Assembly (NCBI GenBank): GCA_002189035.1
Contig: NEEC01000262.1
Span: 1-40,695 of the forward strand
Reading direction: 5' to 3'
DNA from: Utricularia gibba
Taxonomy: Eukaryota; Plantae; Magnoliophyta
DNA: 40,695 bases
The position numbers were made by a program, and so were the translations under genes. The notes under the pieces are model-generated. The model did no database searches. It had not been told where the DNA came from and saw only the letters and a program-made list of their open reading frames with translations. Below, in pieces: positions 37,201-40,695 of this stretch (positions are counted from its first letter, which is position 1; the number at the start of each line of letters is the position of its first letter).

Positions 37201-40200
37201 TAAATACATCACTTTCTTTGCCGGGCTACAACTTACTTTGGGCCAAGGCCTAAGCTGATCTTTTTCCGGTTCCAAGTGCACCCAAAGACCGCCTTCTCAA
37301 GTATAAAGTAAGTTGTTGAAAAAATCATGTGGGGTGCACGTGACATCATAATTTAAACAAATGGATCATTTTTTTTAATCGATTTGCATCCAGTTGACCT
37401 CATGAGCCATACAGAATCGGGGTCAAGGACCAAGTTCCCAGCGAGACTGGCCGCCACAAAACGAGAAGCGGTTCCTTGAAAAACCATGTAGGCAGCCCCC
37501 GAAAACCGAACGATAATAAATACATCACTTTATTTGCCGGACTACAACTAACTCTCTGCAAGCCAAACCTTACCGTCCCGTTCCAGGTGCACCCAAAGAC
37601 CGCCTGCTCAAGTATAAAGTAAGTTGTTGAAAAAAATCATGTGGGGTGCACGTGATATCGCAATTTAAACAAATGCAACATTTATTCATCGATTTGCATC
37701 CTTTTGTCCTCATGAGCCATAAAGAATCGCGGGCCCGGACCAAGTTCCTAGCGAGACTGGCCGCCACAAAACGAGAAGCTGTTCCTTGAAAAACCATGTA
37801 GGCAACACGAAAACCGAACGTTAATAAATACATCACTTTCTTTGCCGGGCTACAACTTACTTTGGGCCAAGGCCTAAGCTGATCTTTTTCCGGTTCCAAG
37901 TGCACCCAAGACCGCCTCTCAAGTATAAAGTAAGTTGTTGAAAAAATCATGTGGGGTGCACGTGACATCATAATTTAAACAAATGGATCATTTTTTTAAT
38001 CGATTTGCATCCAGTTGACCTCATGAGCCATACAGAATCGGGTCAAGGACCAAGTTCCCAGCGAGACTGGCCGCCACAAAACGAGAAGCGGTTCCTTGAA
38101 AAACCATGTAGGCAGCCCCCGAAAACCGAACGATAATAAATACATCACTTTATTTGCCGGACTACAACTAACTCTCGCAAGCCAAACCTTACCTTTGTCC
38201 CGTTCCAGGTGCACCCAAGACCGCCTGCTCAAGTATAAAGTAAGTTGTTGAAAAAATCATGTGGGGTGCACGTGATATCGCAATTTAAACAAATGCAACA
38301 TTGTATTCATCGATTTGCATCCTTTGTCCTCATGAGCCATAAAGAATCGCGGGCCCGGACCAAGTTCCTAGCGAGACTGGCCGCCACAAAACGAGAAGCT
38401 GTTCCTTGAAAAACCATGTAGGCAACACCGAAAACCGAACGTTAATAAATACATCACTTTCTTTGCCGGGCTACAACTTACTTTGGGCCAAGGCCTAAGC
38501 TGATCTTTTTCCGGTTCCAAGTGCACCCAAAGACCGCCTTCTCAAGTATAAAGTAAGTTAAAAAAATCATGTGGGGTGCACGTGACATCATAATTTAAAC
38601 AAATGGATCATTTTTTTTAATCGATTTGCATCCAGTTGACCTCATGAGCCATACAGAATCGGGGTCAAGGACCAAGTTCCCAGCGAGACTGGCCGCCACA
38701 AAACGAGAAGCGGTTCCTTGAAAAACCATGTAGGCAGCCCCCGAAAACCGAACGATAAATACATCACTTTATTTGCCGGACTACAACTAACTCTCGGTGC
38801 AAGCCAAACCTTACCTTTGTCCCGTTCCAGGTGCACCCAAAGACCGCCTGCTCAAGTATAAAGTAAGTTGTTGAAAAAATCATGTGGGGTGCACGTGATA
38901 TCGCAATTTAAACAAATGCAACATTGTATTCATCGATTTGCATCCTTTTGTCCTCATGAGCCAAAGAATCGCGGCCGGACCAAGTTCCTAGCGAGACTGG
39001 CCGCCACAAAACGAGAAGCTGTTCCTTGAAAAACCATGTAGGCAACACGAAAACCGAACGTTAATAAATACATCACTTTCTTTGCCGGGCTACAACTTAC
39101 TTTGGGCCAAGGCCTAAGCTGATCTTTTTCCGGTTCCAAGTGCACCAAGACCGCTTCTCAAGTATAAAGTAAGTTGAAAAAATCATGGGGTGCACGTGAC
39201 ATCATAATTTAAACAAATGATCATTTTTTTTAATCGATTTGCATCCAGTTGACCTCATGAGCCATACAGAATCGGGGTCAAGGACCAAGTTCCCAGCGAG
39301 ACTGGCCGCCAAAACGAGAAGCGGTTCCTTGAAAAACCATGTAGGCAGCCCCCGAAAACCGAACGATAATAAATACATCACTTTATTTGCCGGACTACAA
39401 CTAACTCTCGTGCAAGCCAAACCTTACCTTTGTCCGTTCCAGGTGCACCCAAAGACCGCCTGCTCAAGTATAAAGTAAGTTGTTGAAAAAATGTGGGGTG
39501 CACGTGATATCGCAATTTAAACAAATGCAACATTGTATTCATCGATTTGCATCCTTTTGTCCTCATGAGCCATAAAGAATCGCGGGCCCGGACCAAGTTC
39601 CTAGCGAGACTGGCCGCCACAAAACGAGAAGCTGTTCCTTGAAAAACCATGTAGGCAACACCGAAAACCGAACGTTAATAAATACATCACTTTCTTTGCC
39701 GGGCTACAACTTACTTTGGGCCAAGGCCTAAGCTGATCTTTTTCCGGTTCCAAGTGCACCCAAAGACCGCCTTCTCAAGTATAAAGTAAGTTGTTGAAAA
39801 AATCATGTGGGGTGCACGTGACATCATAATTTAAACAAATGGATCATTTTTTTTAATCGATTTGCATCCAGTTGACCTCATGAGCCATACAGAATCGGGG
39901 TCAAGGACCAAGTTCCCAGCGAGACTGGCCGCCACAAAACGAGAAGCGGTTCCTTGAAAAACCATGTAGGCAGCCCCCGAAAACCGAACGATAATAAATA
40001 CATCACTTTATTTGCCGGACTACAACTAACTCTCGGTGCAAGCCAAACCTTACCTTTGTCCCGTTCCAGGTGCACCCAAAGACCGCCTGCTCAAGTATAA
40101 AGTAAGTTGTTGAAAAAATCATGTGGGGTGCACGTGATATCGCAATTTAAACAAATGCAACATTGTATTCATCGATTTGCATCCTTTTGTCCTCATGAGC

Positions 40201-40695
40201 CATAAAGAATCGCGGGCCCGGACCAAGTTCCTAGCGAGACTGGCCGCCACAAAACGAGAAGCTGTTCCTTGAAAAACCATGTAGGCAACACGAAAACCGA
40301 ACGTTAATAAATACATCACTTTCTTTGCCGGGCTACAACTTACTTTGGGCCAAGGCCTAAGCTGATCTTTTTCCGGTTCCAAGTGCCCCAAGACCGCCTT
40401 CTCAGTATAAAGTAGTTGTTGAAAAAATCATGTGGGTGCACGTGACATCATAATTTAAACAAATGGATCATTTTTTTAATCGATTTGCATCCAGTTGACC
40501 TCATGAGCCATACAGAATCGGGTCAAGGACCAAGTTCCCAGCGAGACTGGCCGCCACAAAACGAGAAGCGGTTCCTTGAAAAACCATGTAGGCAGCCCCC
40601 GAAAACCGAACGATAATAAATACATCACTTTATTTGCCGGACTACAACTAACTCTCGGTGCAAGCCAAACCTTACCTTTGTCCCGTTCCAGGTGC

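Larger units (their letters stand above)
1..40695 (+). repeat. Tandem satellite array, ~130 head-to-tail monomers of ~315 bp organised as ~65 A-B dimers (630-bp higher-order repeat); extends beyond both window ends
   Basis: The motif tcatgtggggtgcacgtga recurs every ~305-316 bp from position 1 to 40428, always on the same strand. The following bases alternate between A type (c-atc(a/g)taat) and B type (t-atcgcaat). Clean dimer: A 13641-13956 (316 bp) plus B 13957-14270 (314 bp). Confidence 0.99.
25255..40695 (+). repeat. Array domain 2: homogeneous A-B dimers carrying the late junction haplotype
   Basis: B tails read ctgaTc...gtgcAccc...cctTctcaAgtataaagtaAgttgttGaaa and are followed by A heads atcAtaat...atgGatc in essentially every dimer. 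Confidence 0.85.

Noticed and set aside
15110-39415. Variation ctcggtgcaag / ctcgtgcaag / ctcgggcaag in A monomers, with apparent local clustering
   Set aside because: These are single-base deletion alleles at a site that is often garbled, so they cannot be separated from systematic sequencing error without reads.
59-40391. About 90 short ORFs (60-133 aa) on both strands, e.g. MHPVDLMSHTESG... and ...KVSCSPAKKVMYLLTFGF...
   Set aside because: They are the same repeat read in shifting frames. Starts, stops and frames change with 1-bp indels, A/B differences are not frame-preserving or synonymous-biased, and I recognise no domain.
1-40695. CRISPR array
   Set aside because: No unique spacers, the unit is ~315 bp, and there are no cas genes.
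1-40695. Tandem 5S rDNA, tRNA or spliced-leader gene array (similar unit sizes)
   Set aside because: I could not find the 5S rRNA sequence, a tRNA cloverleaf with A/B boxes, or the nematode, trypanosomatid or dinoflagellate leader sequences on either strand. An Infernal/Rfam scan would be the definitive test.
1-40695. MITE, LTR or other mobile-element origin
   Set aside because: No terminal inverted repeats, target-site duplications, primer-binding site or polypurine tract were seen, and no element interrupts the array.

Overview
The whole 40.7 kb window is one uninterrupted, single-orientation tandem satellite array. I found no genes, RNA genes, transposon insertions, inversions or unique sequence. 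It holds about 130 monomers of about 315 bp that alternate between type A (316 bp) and type B (314 bp), roughly 87% identical by hand alignment, giving a 630-bp A-B higher-order repeat. Each monomer is itself two diverged ~157-bp halves, so the hierarchy is ~157 > ~315 > 630 bp, a nucleosome-sized base unit of the kind typical of eukaryotic (often centromeric or heterochromatic) satellites. About 8 linked variants at the B-tail/A-head junction shift from an early, mixed haplotype (to ~21 kb) to a nearly uniform late haplotype (from ~25.3 kb). The transition zone is mosaic and contains a local sequence replacement and a ~129-bp duplication. Two A/B chimeric monomers break the alternation at 1.2 and 3.4 kb, and ~125 bp are deleted at 34.2 kb. 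Frequent homopolymer deletions suggest unpolished long-read sequence, so some single-copy variants may be artefacts. All listed ORFs look like by-products of the repeat. I found no evidence of a protein-coding system; the interest here is the array architecture. Organism and family cannot be determined without a search.
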